Made by a program: the position numbers and the translations under genes. From positions 1 to 64,000 of the forward strand of contig CAVUUR010000004.1 in the NCBI GenBank assembly GCA_963744715.1: DNA of 64,000 nt, written 5' to 3'. The notes under the pieces were generated by a model, which ran no database searches, was not told the origin of the DNA, and saw only the letters and a program-made list of their open reading frames with translations. Positions within the stretch are counted from its first letter, which is position 1; the number at the start of each line of letters is the position of its first letter. Shown here in pieces: positions 33,290 to 43,093 of the stretch. The stretch comes from an uncultured bacterium (lineage in GTDB: Bacteria; Babelota; Babeliae; Babelales; JACPOV01).

Positions 33290-35008
33290 ATGTCGTTGTT
33301 ATTGTTTTTTGCAGCCCTAGCTGGATTAATCACGGTATTATCACCTTGTATTTTACCAATATTGCCTATCTTATTGGCAGGCGGCATTGATCAAGATCGC
33401 AAAAAACCATATGGTATTATTCTAGGTGTAATATTTAGTTTTTCTTTTTTCACCTTATCATTAACCGCTCTCGTGCACGCAACGGGCATATCACCTAATT
33501 TTTTACGCTACATTGCACTTGTAGTTATTATATTTTTTGGATGCACACTGTTATTTCCAAAACTTGAGCAGTGGTTTACTGCAAAAACGGCTTTTTTAAC
33601 GCGTATTGGTGGTTCGCTTAGAGATCAATCCGCTCAGATTCAACAGGGATTTGGTAGCGGTTTTGTGCTTGGTGTTGCCTTAGGACTCATATGGGCTCCT
33701 TGTGCGGGCCCAATTTTGGGGTCGATAACAACATTAGTAGCATCCAATCAAATAACACTAGATGTTGTCTACGTCACATTGGCATATAGTATCGGTGCTG
33801 CTTTGCCTATGTTTTTTATTGCATACTTTGGTAATAAAATTATTGATTCTATCCACTATCTCTCTGGATACTCTGAACTAATACGCAAATTTTTTGGCAT
33901 TCTTATGATTGGTAGCGCACTTGCAATTTTGTTTCATGTAGATATTTGGTTACAGCAGTTAACCGTACGTTATTTTCCAAACGTAGAGCTAGAAAAAAAA
34001 TTACCCATACAAAAGGAGTTAGAAAAATTGGCACCTCAAAAAAATAAAGCTTTTTTATTTACAAGCGAGAATAGTACTCCAAAGGCTCCCGAATTTGTTG
34101 GCATTGATCAATGGCTTAATTCTCCTCCACTAACGATGCATGATCTCGAAGGAAAAGTGGTACTTGTCGATTTTTGGACCTATAGTTGCATTAATTGCGT
34201 TCGAACATTTCCTTATCTTAAATCTTGGTATGCAACGTACAAGGATAAGGGTTTTGTAATTGTTGGTGTTCACACTCCTGAATTTGAATTCGAAAAAAAT
34301 ATAGACAATATTAAAAATGCTTTGCATCGTTTCGGTTTAACCTATCCAGTAGCAGTCGATAATGAATATAAAACATGGCAAAATTATAATAATTCGTATT
34401 GGCCAGCTCATTATTTAGTTAATCAACAAGGTTATGTGGTAGAAAAACATTTTGGTGAGGGTTCCTATCTAGAAACAGAAAATGCCATACGCCATTTGTT
34501 GGGTCTTGAACCATTACCAGAAATTGAAAAGAATGTTGCGCGTACCGCAATTACGCCAGAAACCTATTTGGGTTATGCACGAGGTTTTAGTTATACCAAA
34601 GAAATTTCATTAAAAAATAATGAACCGTATGAATATAGTTACACAAAACCGTTATTATCTGATCGGGTAGGCTTAAAAGGTACGTGGCTCGTACATGCCG
34701 ATTCTATAGAAGCTAAAACGGATGATTGCGTGCTAGAACTTAATTTTATTGCTACACGGGTCTATCTTGTCATGCAAGCAAACAAACAATCGCTGATTAA
34801 CGTTCAACTTGATGGCAACCCTCTTCCATCTCAGTTTTACACGGCGGACATGAATCAACGTGGGCAAATTCTAGTGCATGAACCTCGCATGTATAGTGTG
34901 CTTAATTTACAAGATGCATATGGTAGGCATACGCTTACATTAACAATTCCTGCCGGCGTTACCTGCTATGTATTTACGTTTGGTTCAAATGAAACAGGCA
35001 ATGAGTGA
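33290..35008 (+). CDS. dipZ: Cytochrome c biogenesis protein DipZ-like (CcdA TM domain + thioredoxin + C-terminal domain)
   Basis: SPCILP, WAPCAGPILG, DFWTYSCINC, GVHTPEF and TPETYLG motifs. Confidence 0.88.
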   Translation: MSLLLFFAALAGLITVLSPCILPILPILLAGGIDQDRKKPYGIILGVIFSFSFFTLSLTALVHATGISPNFLRYIALVVIIFFGCTLLFPKLEQWFTAKTAFLTRIGGSLRDQSAQIQQGFGSGFVLGVALGLIWAPCAGPILGSITTLVASNQITLDVVYVTLAYSIGAALPMFFIAYFGNKIIDSIHYLSGYSELIRKFFGILMIGSALAILFHVDIWLQQLTVRYFPNVELEKKLPIQKELEKLAPQKNKAFLFTSENSTPKAPEFVGIDQWLNSPPLTMHDLEGKVVLVDFWTYSCINCVRTFPYLKSWYATYKDKGFVIVGVHTPEFEFEKNIDNIKNALHRFGLTYPVAVDNEYKTWQNYNNSYWPAHYLVNQQGYVVEKHFGEGSYLETENAIRHLLGLEPLPEIEKNVARTAITPETYLGYARGFSYTKEISLKNNEPYEYSYTKPLLSDRVGLKGTWLVHADSIEAKTDDCVLELNFIATRVYLVMQANKQSLINVQLDGNPLPSQFYTADMNQRGQILVHEPRMYSVLNLQDAYGRHTLTLTIPAGVTCYVFTFGSNETGNE

Positions 35009-35138
35009 CATCCAACATGATTATAGTGCTAAGCATACTATCGCTCGGCTCCAATAGCTCCTCGAATGATACAATCAGCAAAATACCCACTATAATGCTC
35101 TTAACGCAGCGTGGAATTTCACGAGTCATTGTTATTTA

Positions 35139-35198
35139 TGTGGCGCTAGCCAGACGTAGCTTGCCGAGCCAGAGGGCCCGGATAAGCGAAGACTGGCG
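35139..35198 (+). repeat. GC-rich hairpin (REP-like) element copy 1
   Basis: gccag...ctggc stem with an internal hairpin; near-identical to 36179-36237. Confidence 0.85.
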
Positions 35199-35203
35199 TG
35201 AGA

Positions 35204-35851
35204 TTATGCCATGTGCGCGACTGCCTCGTCGGTCGATAGTACCGCGTGCGCCAGATATCGATAGTTGATAAGCGCCGCCTCGTAGCCATCGCCCCATTCC
35301 GGATGGCTAGGCCCAGCAATCGCATCCTTTACAACGGCAACTTCGAAACCTTGCTCAAGGAACTCACGCAGATGGGATTCGACGCACATGTTTGCCAACA
35401 TCCCGCCCAGAATGATCTTGCTGATCCCTCTCTTGCGTAGCTGCAAAACTAAGTCATTGGTCTGCGGGCCAAACACCTTGTGTGGGCTAACAACAATTGT
35501 CTTGCCATCTTGGATGTACGGCTTGAAACGATCTAGCCAGTCTGCGCCTGAATTGGTAAACCCCGTCAGATCTAGTGGCCCGATCCGCGCGAAGGTATGC
35601 GTTCTCAACTCTACAGCTTCGAGCGGGCCATTGATCTTCCAGCCATGATCGGTGGGATAGAAATAATGGGGTGAGATGAGCACCTCATAGTCATTCGCTT
35701 TCGCGGACTTGAAAAGCCGCTCTATGTTCCCGATAATACCGTTCTTGATGACGCTGGCACCAACCAAGCCCCAACTCGTGCCCTTCTCGCTTAGAAAATC
35801 ATTTTGTGGATCGATTACAACAACAGCAGTATCACGATTATTGAATTTCAT
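35204..35851 (-). CDS. Isochorismatase / cysteine hydrolase family protein
   Basis: VVIDPQNDF, HK, ANMCVESH and VVKDA motifs; visibly GC-rich. Confidence 0.92.
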   Translation of the reverse strand: MKFNNRDTAVVVIDPQNDFLSEKGTSWGLVGASVIKNGIIGNIERLFKSAKANDYEVLISPHYFYPTDHGWKINGPLEAVELRTHTFARIGPLDLTGFTNSGADWLDRFKPYIQDGKTIVVSPHKVFGPQTNDLVLQLRKRGISKIILGGMLANMCVESHLREFLEQGFEVAVVKDAIAGPSHPEWGDGYEAALINYRYLAHAVLSTDEAVAHMA

Positions 35852-36178
35852 TCTTGACCTTTCCTTTTTTCCTGAAATTTAATACCTCGTTTTCACTGAG
35901 GTCAAGATTTTTGTCAGTGTAAAATAACAAATTCCTTATTAATTATGTATCATCACACGAAATGTTTGCCAATTATGATCATATTAATAATTTGAGATTT
36001 TTTGCAGAAATGTTTTCTTTAAATTTTGCACATTATACACAACTTCGTCCCAGTGTTTGACAATAAGCACCGGACCGACAATCGCACAAAAAAGATAGGT
36101 AAAATATAATACTCTCACACATACCATTTTTATATAGCACAATAACTTTTTCATAAAACCTGGTTATTAATTTAACGG

Positions 36179-36237
36179 TGTGGCGGCCGCCAGACTTAGC
36201 TTGCCGAGCCGAAGGCACGGATAAGCGAAGACTGGCG
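36179..36237 (+). repeat. GC-rich hairpin (REP-like) element copy 2, overlapping the tRNA-Asp 3' end
   Basis: cgccag...ctggcg stem; its last 5 nt are the tRNA's terminal CGCCA on the minus strand. Confidence 0.85.
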
Positions 36238-36309
36238 GAGCTGACGAGACTCGAACTCGCGACCTTCCGCGTGACAGGCGGACGCTCTAACCAACTGAGC
36301 TACAGCTCC
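36233..36309 (-). tRNA. tRNA-Asp (GTC)
   Basis: GGAGCTGTAGCTCAGTTGGTTAGAGCGTCCGCCT-GTC-ACGCGGA...GTTCGAG...CCA cloverleaf. Confidence 0.97.
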
Positions 36310-36316
36310 ATAGATC

Positions 36317-36392
36317 TGGCTCCGCGGGCTGGACTCGAACCAGCGACCCAACGATTAACAGTCGTTTGCTCTACCGACTGAGCTACCGCGGA
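36317..36392 (-). tRNA. tRNA-Asn (GTT)
   Basis: TCCGCGGTAGCTCAGTCGGTAGAGCAAACGACT-GTT-AATCGTT...GTTCGAG...CCA. Confidence 0.97.
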
Positions 36393-36405
36393 ACATTTTT
36401 TTTAA

Positions 36406-36481
36406 TGGTGGGCGGTGCAGGATTCGAACCTGCGACCCCCAGTTTGTAAGACTGATGCTCTACCAACTGAGCTAACCGCCC
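36406..36481 (-). tRNA. tRNA-Val (TAC)
   Basis: GGGCGGTTAGCTCAGTTGGTAGAGCATCAGTCT-TAC-AAACTGG...GTTCGAA...CCA. Confidence 0.97.
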
Positions 36482-36505
36482 CAAAATCAAACCTAGACTT
36501 TAGAA

Positions 36506-36534
36506 ATTGTAAATAAAAAGATCTTAAAAGTCAA
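36506..36534 (-). promoter_or_regulatory. Sigma70 promoter of the tRNA operon
   Basis: TTGACT-17 bp-TACAAT ending about 25 bp upstream of tRNA-Val. Confidence 0.8.
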
Positions 36535-36579
36535 AAATAAAACCACAAATTACTTTTTAGTGGATACTTTATTTTTATA
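36506..36579 (+). repeat. ~75-bp direct repeat copy A (pairs with 39020-39096)
   Basis: Shared attgta.ataaaaaga...aaaagtcaaaaataaaa...aattactttttagtggatacttt. Confidence 0.85.
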
Positions 36580-36630
36580 ATGGTACCAATCATACACTCA
36601 TTTCATGAGCGATACGCCTATCGGCCCTCT

Positions 36631-37728
36631 TTACAAAATGGCTTTCTTGTCCTTATTATTAAACTCTTGGGCAGTATCTTTTAGTGTATTATTCAAATCG
36701 GAACAATCTAAGTTCAATCTATACACACTACCCAGACCGTTTTGAGCGATAATATAACCCGCCCATGAAAGAAAAGTAATGGGGAAATCATTGTTAAAGG
36801 TATATTTTATTATTGGTTGTGAATCCATTCCCCAAACATATATCGAATGATAATCTTTGCTCGATCCGATAGCAATATAGTTGCCACAAGGGCTAAATGC
36901 TGCTGAATCAACCTCATAAGGAGTCTCTATCACCGCTACACATGAATTTTCGACATCCTTTTTTATATCCCAAATACGCACCGTACGCTCATATTCGGAT
37001 ACTGATGCAAAGCAATGAGTTGCTGCGTGAGATAATAATTGATCTATATTTTTTGTATGCCCGCTCAACTTTTTTTTAATCAGTCCCTTATAATTTGTTA
37101 TTTTTATAATAGGTTTTTCTTTGCCACAAAAATTAGTGAAAATGATCGTATCGTTTATGGTGCATAACTTCTTCTTTGATCCCTCATGTTTAATAAAATC
37201 AGTAGGTTTTTTCTCTTGCGAGAATTTCCACTTTTGTATACCCGCATAATCTGCAATAAGCAATTCCTTATCATGCAAAAATAATAATGAATATCCGTTA
37301 CCATTGCTATTATTGTTACTATGTGCAATCTCTTGAGGTTTATTCTTAGTAATATCGTAGACCTTGAGATGATCATAATATCCCAATGCCACGTATGCAG
37401 CATTGGGCGATAATGCCACATGATATATATAATCTTTGGCTCGTATAGATGCCAGTATATTTTTTTCATCATCGTGTATAGATAACAATTCCCCTTCTGC
37501 AATACTTTTTTTTGTTAAAAAACGCGTGTGATTATGATTAACAGCGCGCAAATCACATAAAGAATCAAGCAGTTCCGGTTCTTTTTCAATAGTAATACGT
37601 TGTGAAGAGCCGCTACATAGTTTCTGTTGTTGAACGTTTTGATTGATTTCTTGCAATGCTTTACGCAGTTGCATATCCATTGAACATAATGGTTGTGTGA
37701 TACATAGTATTATGAGAAGTTTATTCAT
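36631..37728 (-). CDS. Secreted WD40-repeat protein
   Basis: Start MNKLL at 37728 overlaps the upstream stop; GHTK...ERTVRIWD. Confidence 0.85.
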   Translation of the reverse strand: MNKLLIILCITQPLCSMDMQLRKALQEINQNVQQQKLCSGSSQRITIEKEPELLDSLCDLRAVNHNHTRFLTKKSIAEGELLSIHDDEKNILASIRAKDYIYHVALSPNAAYVALGYYDHLKVYDITKNKPQEIAHSNNNSNGNGYSLLFLHDKELLIADYAGIQKWKFSQEKKPTDFIKHEGSKKKLCTINDTIIFTNFCGKEKPIIKITNYKGLIKKKLSGHTKNIDQLLSHAATHCFASVSEYERTVRIWDIKKDVENSCVAVIETPYEVDSAAFSPCGNYIAIGSSKDYHSIYVWGMDSQPIIKYTFNNDFPITFLSWAGYIIAQNGLGSVYRLNLDCSDLNNTLKDTAQEFNNKDKKAIL

Positions 37729-38950
37729 GAGTAATCTTTTTCTTTTCTTCTTTTTTTGATTCTTCGGCAATGGCGGTAAGCAGATTATTTAAATCTATAG
37801 AGTCTGATTTCCATCTATAAACAAATCCATGTCCATCCTGGGCAATAACAGACTTATCTACCCATGAAATAAATGTTATAGGAAAATCATCTTTGAAGAC
37901 ATGTTTCATTATTATTGCTTGTGAATCTATATCCCAAACATACACGGTATGATCATACCTATTAGTTCCTGTAACAATTTTTCTGCCCGATGGGTTAAAG
38001 CACATAGAGTCAAAGTCACAAGTATGTTTAAGTACGGCTTTACATGCATTTTTTTTATTCTTTTTAATATCCCATATTCGCACGGTATCATCATCGGCAG
38101 CGGATGCCAAGTACTGAGTTACCGGATTAAAAGATAAATAATGTATACTTCCCGCATGTCCTTTTAATTTTTTTTCAATGACACCTAGGTCATTTGCTAT
38201 GGTTATATCTTGTTCATTGAAATCGTTAATAAAAGCAACTTTATTATTCACCGAACAGATCTTATTCATTCCATATACCATAGCAGTAATGAAATTATCT
38301 GGTTCTTCGTTCTCTAGAAACTTCCACTTTTGTATAACATGATAACCAGCAATAATCAATTCAATATCATTCAAAAATGATGACGACTCAAAATTTCCTT
38401 TATGAGATTTAATTTCTATAAATTTATTAGAAGTAATATCATAGACTTTTACGCACTCACCACAAGTAACTGCCATATACCTTTCATTAGGCGATAATGC
38501 TATAGTAAATCCATGATTTTCTGTTGGTAAAACCGATATCAATGTATCTTTCTCATCTTTCATTAAGATAGATTTTTCTTCTTGAATAAAAAAACGGGTA
38601 TGATTAGCATTAACTGCACGCAATGAATAACAACCTATTAATTCCGGATTGATCTGATTATATTTTATTATCTCTGAAATAAAATTTACTGGAATATCTT
38701 GAACAAAAGTTTTAATCTTTTCTTTTGTTCGCTTATTCTCCCACTTTATAATTCTATTACGAGATTTTTGCTTAAGATACTTTTCAATGACTTCTGGTAT
38801 CTTTTTTATACACAATTGTTGTAACGTGGAAACGTTACATTGTGGTTGTAAAATTTTATTATCACTCTCCAATGTTTTGCTCAGTTGCATATCCATTGAA
38901 TATAACGGTTGTGTGATAAACAACATTGGTATGAGCAGTATTTTATTCAT
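37721..38950 (-). CDS. Secreted WD40-repeat protein with BC-box-like motif
   Basis: Start MNKILL behind AAGGA; VSTLQQLCIKKI; GHAG...SAADDDTVRIWD. Confidence 0.85.
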   Translation of the reverse strand: MNKILLIPMLFITQPLYSMDMQLSKTLESDNKILQPQCNVSTLQQLCIKKIPEVIEKYLKQKSRNRIIKWENKRTKEKIKTFVQDIPVNFISEIIKYNQINPELIGCYSLRAVNANHTRFFIQEEKSILMKDEKDTLISVLPTENHGFTIALSPNERYMAVTCGECVKVYDITSNKFIEIKSHKGNFESSSFLNDIELIIAGYHVIQKWKFLENEEPDNFITAMVYGMNKICSVNNKVAFINDFNEQDITIANDLGVIEKKLKGHAGSIHYLSFNPVTQYLASAADDDTVRIWDIKKNKKNACKAVLKHTCDFDSMCFNPSGRKIVTGTNRYDHTVYVWDIDSQAIIMKHVFKDDFPITFISWVDKSVIAQDGHGFVYRWKSDSIDLNNLLTAIAEESKKEEKKKITHE

Positions 38951-39019
38951 ATATTTTCCTTGTAGTATGGTCACAAGCAGAACAATGCGGATATCCCCAA
39001 ATCTTTTACTAAGTTTAGC

Positions 39020-39096
39020 ATTGTATATAAAAAGAGTTTCAAAAGTCAAAAATAAAAAACTACGAATTACTTTTTAGTGGATACTTTTTTATTTAT
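39020..39096 (+). repeat. ~75-bp direct repeat copy B; minus-strand promoter TTGACT-18-TACAAT
   Basis: Manual alignment to 36506-36579. Confidence 0.85.
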
Positions 39097-39135
39097 ACTG
39101 ACCTAAAAGTATATTCTTTGTGTGAGGGTAGTTCT

Positions 39136-40032
39136 ATGGCAACGTTTACTGATTATTTGAAAAATGCTTTTTTTCTCCTGTTATTTCTTCAAATAGCCCC
39201 CCTTTTAATAAAAGGTATAAAAAAACAATACCTGGATTTTTTAGAACCGCAAACTAAAGTTGCCTATTTACCCATTAATGGTGCTATTTATGATTCTAGC
39301 TATTACACCAAACATTTGAGAAAATTTTTTAAAAATCCGGATATAAAAGCTATTTTACTGCGCATAGAATCACCAGGAAGTGCCGCCGGCTCTGCTGAAG
39401 CAATTGCTAATGAACTTGAATGGTTAAAAAAAGAATTTCCTAAACCGATTATTACCTTATGTGAAAATATTTGTACTTCCGGTGCCTATTATATCGCCGC
39501 CGTTACTGATTACATTATTGCGCCGCCATCCGGATTTATTGGCAACATTGGCACACAAATACCGTACCAATTTAAATTGAAAGAGTTTATTGAGCAGTTT
39601 AAAATTCATTATCAGGTTATTAAAGCAGGAGATTACAAAGCAGTAACCGACCCATTTTCTGATGATGCCACGCCCGAACAAACTGCTTACTTGCAAACCT
39701 TGGTACAAGATAGTTATCAAAATTTTATTGAACATGTAGCGCGGCACCGCTCTCGCATTTCTTTAACACAAGTGAAAGAATGGGCAAACGGCAAAATATT
39801 CACCGGCCGTCAGGCATTAACCATTGGCTTAATTGATGAAATAGGTTCCCGCTCTAACGCCATTAAGAAAATTAAAGAATTAGGCATTATTGAAGAAAAA
39901 ATTGAATGGATTTATCCACCACAAAAAGGTGGCTTGTTTAGTATGTTTTTTGATCAATCAGGTGTAACTAATCAAGAAGCAACGAGTTTACTAGGATCAT
40001 TCATTAAGGGCATAGTAAACTACGCCCCATAA
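39136..40032 (+). CDS. sppA: Signal peptide peptidase SppA (S49)
   Basis: LRIESPG, CTSGAYY, KAGDYK and GKIFTGRQAL.IGLIDEIG motifs. Confidence 0.9.
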   Translation: MATFTDYLKNAFFLLLFLQIAPLLIKGIKKQYLDFLEPQTKVAYLPINGAIYDSSYYTKHLRKFFKNPDIKAILLRIESPGSAAGSAEAIANELEWLKKEFPKPIITLCENICTSGAYYIAAVTDYIIAPPSGFIGNIGTQIPYQFKLKEFIEQFKIHYQVIKAGDYKAVTDPFSDDATPEQTAYLQTLVQDSYQNFIEHVARHRSRISLTQVKEWANGKIFTGRQALTIGLIDEIGSRSNAIKKIKELGIIEEKIEWIYPPQKGGLFSMFFDQSGVTNQEATSLLGSFIKGIVNYAP

Positions 40033-40036
40033 TTTA

Positions 40037-41734
40037 TTAATCAAGAGCATCCATACTATTTTTTGTAGTAGAGGTTGCTTTGCCATTCTCGCTTTTTATA
40101 GTAGAAGGCTTGAAGGGTTTCGTAACACGTTGACTAGCCAAATGTAACCCTTGACCTATGCCATATGCGGTTACGGCAGCACCAAGAACTATTTTGGGAT
40201 TTTCTAACATTTTTAATTCAAGTCTATAGCACAACTCGACCGGTATCAATGCAGTTTTTAGAGCTTTGTAAGCGAGTGGTTTATTCGCATATAAATAGGG
40301 AGCATAATTATAAAGAGAGCCAAGGCCCGCATATAATTTTGTATAACCACACGTAGATAAACCATGAAATAACATCGCCATGCCGGAGCTGCGTAAAGCT
40401 TGAGGTAAGCGACTATATATTGCCGTCAGTGGCTCGTCTATTACGTATGACCCCGCAAGGTGTATTATTGGGTTATAGAAACTTTCCCTACATAATCCCA
40501 TAAATATGCCCGGCAGAGCAGCAACCCCAGCCTGACCAACATAAGAAATAGCATTATTGTAACGTTGGCTCGCTGTGCGAATTGCTTGTGCCATATCAGT
40601 TTTTTTTCGTTGATATAATGAGGGACTAAGGGTATCGTTAAGAGATTCAAGCGCATCAGTTGTTAGATTATTTTGGTGTACGTCCAATCCGTAATTATTG
40701 AGATCTATATGTACATTTTCTGGCGCATTCCATCGGCTACAGGGTTCAATGTGTTTGAGATTGTTATCGCTCAAATCAAGATGTAAATTATCACATAGGG
40801 CATCGACATCGCTTGTTTTAAGTTTTTCAATCTTGTTATGTGATGCTTGTAATGCGATGATATTAGGAAAATGTTTTTTTATAAGAGCAAGTCTTAATTC
40901 CTTCAGTTTATTGTTACGGAGGGATATGAATTTTACTTGTTTAGAAGTTAATTTTTCTATTCCATCAAGTGATTTAAGCATTTGATTACTAAGGTTTATT
41001 CCTTCTATAGTTAGTGGAAAATTGTTTTCCAAAAGCATCGTATTTACCGATCTTTTTTGTCCCGACAATTTAACGCGCATACGCTTAAGTTCTTCTTCTC
41101 GAGGTGCTATATGTTGTGCATGTAAATTTGCTAAATATGATGAATCCTGGTTTTTATGCGTTCGTAATAACGTATTGTGGTCATGGTTGATGTTTTCTTC
41201 GAGTGGTTTTAACACTTTCTGTTCATATAAATCTGCAAGAACTTTTCGAGTTTTGTAAGGAGCTTCTAAATAATCAGCGGCATTAAATAGGTTTTTTACT
41301 TCTGAGCCGGTGAGTTTATCAAATGGTATATGTCCATTCATACCTTGTAGTAACGTATCAACAGCTCTTCCATTCAGGGGAAGATCAATTGAATTAATGG
41401 TTGTATAATCGGGTATTGCTTGGCAATCGGCGAGCATGTTTTTTAGTGTTTTGAACTGTTTTATGGTTTCTTTATCAACAGAAAGCGATTTTCCTTCGCA
41501 ATTAAGGGTTAGTATCCGAGCTACTTGCTTAATAATAGGTTTATTTATAGGAGCGTAGGCATTTTGTTGCTGTTTTTGATAAGGATTGGCCAGTATAGGA
41601 AATTTATTGGTATATTGTAGGGCCATACTAGTATTCTTATCCATACCATATAAAGAGGTAAGTGATGGTATGATTACTATACCTGCACAGAAAAAAATGA
41701 CAGTGGTTAGAAAATTAAGCTTTTTTGTTTTCAT
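40037..41734 (-). CDS. Secreted Skp1/BTB-like + leucine-rich-repeat protein
   Basis: Signal peptide; KTLKNMLAD and LFNAADYL; LRRs ISLRNNKLKEL, LQASHNKIEKL and LDLSDNNLKHI. Confidence 0.75.
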   Translation of the reverse strand: MKTKKLNFLTTVIFFCAGIVIIPSLTSLYGMDKNTSMALQYTNKFPILANPYQKQQQNAYAPINKPIIKQVARILTLNCEGKSLSVDKETIKQFKTLKNMLADCQAIPDYTTINSIDLPLNGRAVDTLLQGMNGHIPFDKLTGSEVKNLFNAADYLEAPYKTRKVLADLYEQKVLKPLEENINHDHNTLLRTHKNQDSSYLANLHAQHIAPREEELKRMRVKLSGQKRSVNTMLLENNFPLTIEGINLSNQMLKSLDGIEKLTSKQVKFISLRNNKLKELRLALIKKHFPNIIALQASHNKIEKLKTSDVDALCDNLHLDLSDNNLKHIEPCSRWNAPENVHIDLNNYGLDVHQNNLTTDALESLNDTLSPSLYQRKKTDMAQAIRTASQRYNNAISYVGQAGVAALPGIFMGLCRESFYNPIIHLAGSYVIDEPLTAIYSRLPQALRSSGMAMLFHGLSTCGYTKLYAGLGSLYNYAPYLYANKPLAYKALKTALIPVELCYRLELKMLENPKIVLGAAVTAYGIGQGLHLASQRVTKPFKPSTIKSENGKATSTTKNSMDALD

Positions 41735-42145
41735 ATTTGACTATTCCTTGTTTATAGCTAAAACCTATGTTTCGTATTGACTTATTAGTAATAGATTACC
41801 AAGTATAAAATAATTGTCAATATGAAATAAAATAATAAAAAATACCTAATTTTAGTAGTTTTTTATATTTTTCAATCAAGCATAATGAATTTTAGCAAAA
41901 AAACCACATTCGGTTGTTAAATTTATAGAGTGGGGGATTGCAAGATACAGCAAAAAGCAAGTCCTTGTAATTCTCTTCCGCTGAATGGAGAGAATACAAT
42001 TTTTCTCAATTGTTAGATAAATATGTAAGCAATTTTGTATGATCAAATTTGTTAAAATTTTTTCATCCATAACCAATTTTTTTCTGGTCATCCAAGCTAG
42101 CTGACCGTATTACTTATTTGTTGCCTTTAGTTGAACAACAGCAAT

Positions 42146-42943
42146 TCATTTTTTCATTAAGTAACAATAGTTGATAGTATGAATGTCAATAAGGGGCGCT
42201 AAGCGAACTGCATAGTGAACGCCATCAACTTCTGCATATTGCACGGTACCTAATGCAAAGCCGCGCGGAAATACTAATCCTTCACCACTGGAAAGAATCA
42301 AATCATGTTTTTTTATTTGCTGTAAATGATTAACATAATTCATTAACATCATCGTATCTTGATTGACCCCTTCATGAATACCGCATGCTTGTGTTGCCGG
42401 AGAGTAAGCAGCAATTTTACAACTGCTATCGGTAATGAGAACAATTTTGCTGTAATATGGATACACTTCGCTGACGCGACCCAATAAACAATTTTTGTAT
42501 ACGGCTATCATATCAACCGCAATTCCTTGCCAAGAACCTGCATCAACTAAAAAGAAATGTCCGGTATCAGAAATATGGCGCACCAGAACTTGCGATAAAC
42601 AATGTAATTTTTCCTGATATCGTTTTTTAAAGGCAAACAATTCAGCATTTTCTTGCGCAAATCGTTGCGACGCTTGCAACATAACTACTTGCGATAATAA
42701 TTCTTGTCGCTCAGCACTTACGCGCTCAAGCGCTTCTTCCAATTCTTGTGCAGTTTTTCTTCGTTGAAAAACATTCTTACATGAATCAGTAATACCGCGT
42801 TGCAATTTCAGAAACGGATATAATACACAGGAAAAACTTTGTTCAATAATTTTGGTTGATGATGAAATAATAGATCGATTAAAAAATGTAATACCACAAA
42901 GAATGCTCATGGCCATACCAAGTATAACAATGCGTATGTTCAC
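42146..42943 (-). CDS. mreC: Rod shape-determining protein MreC
   Basis: N-terminal TM, coiled coil, VDAGS..G, LLGRV, LITD and SSGEGLVFPRG. Confidence 0.9.
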   Translation of the reverse strand: MNIRIVILGMAMSILCGITFFNRSIISSSTKIIEQSFSCVLYPFLKLQRGITDSCKNVFQRRKTAQELEEALERVSAERQELLSQVVMLQASQRFAQENAELFAFKKRYQEKLHCLSQVLVRHISDTGHFFLVDAGSWQGIAVDMIAVYKNCLLGRVSEVYPYYSKIVLITDSSCKIAAYSPATQACGIHEGVNQDTMMLMNYVNHLQQIKKHDLILSSGEGLVFPRGFALGTVQYAEVDGVHYAVRLAPLIDIHTINYCYLMKK

Positions 42944-43039
42944 AACAATAATCCTTCTTTAGAAAATAGTTATGAGCAAGTATAGCAGGTAATGAATTGG
43001 TCTGCATCATTGCCGTATAACATTGGTAGAAAAACAAAG

Positions 43040-43064
43040 AAAAGAGGTATAAAAAACCTCTTTT
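43040..43064 (-). terminator. Probable intrinsic terminator after the fasciclin genes
   Basis: aaaagaggt...acctctttt inverted repeat. Confidence 0.5.
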
Positions 43065-43093
43065 CCTATAATAAATGGAGGAATTAATTTATT

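Noticed and set aside
35005..35268. 87-aa ORF after dipZ
   Set aside because: It runs through the hairpin repeat and overlaps the convergent isochorismatase gene; no recognisable features.
41876..42145. Possible mreD, small ORF or ncRNA downstream of mreC
   Set aside because: The 71-aa ORF lacks MreD-like TM helices and I could not recognise an RNA family.
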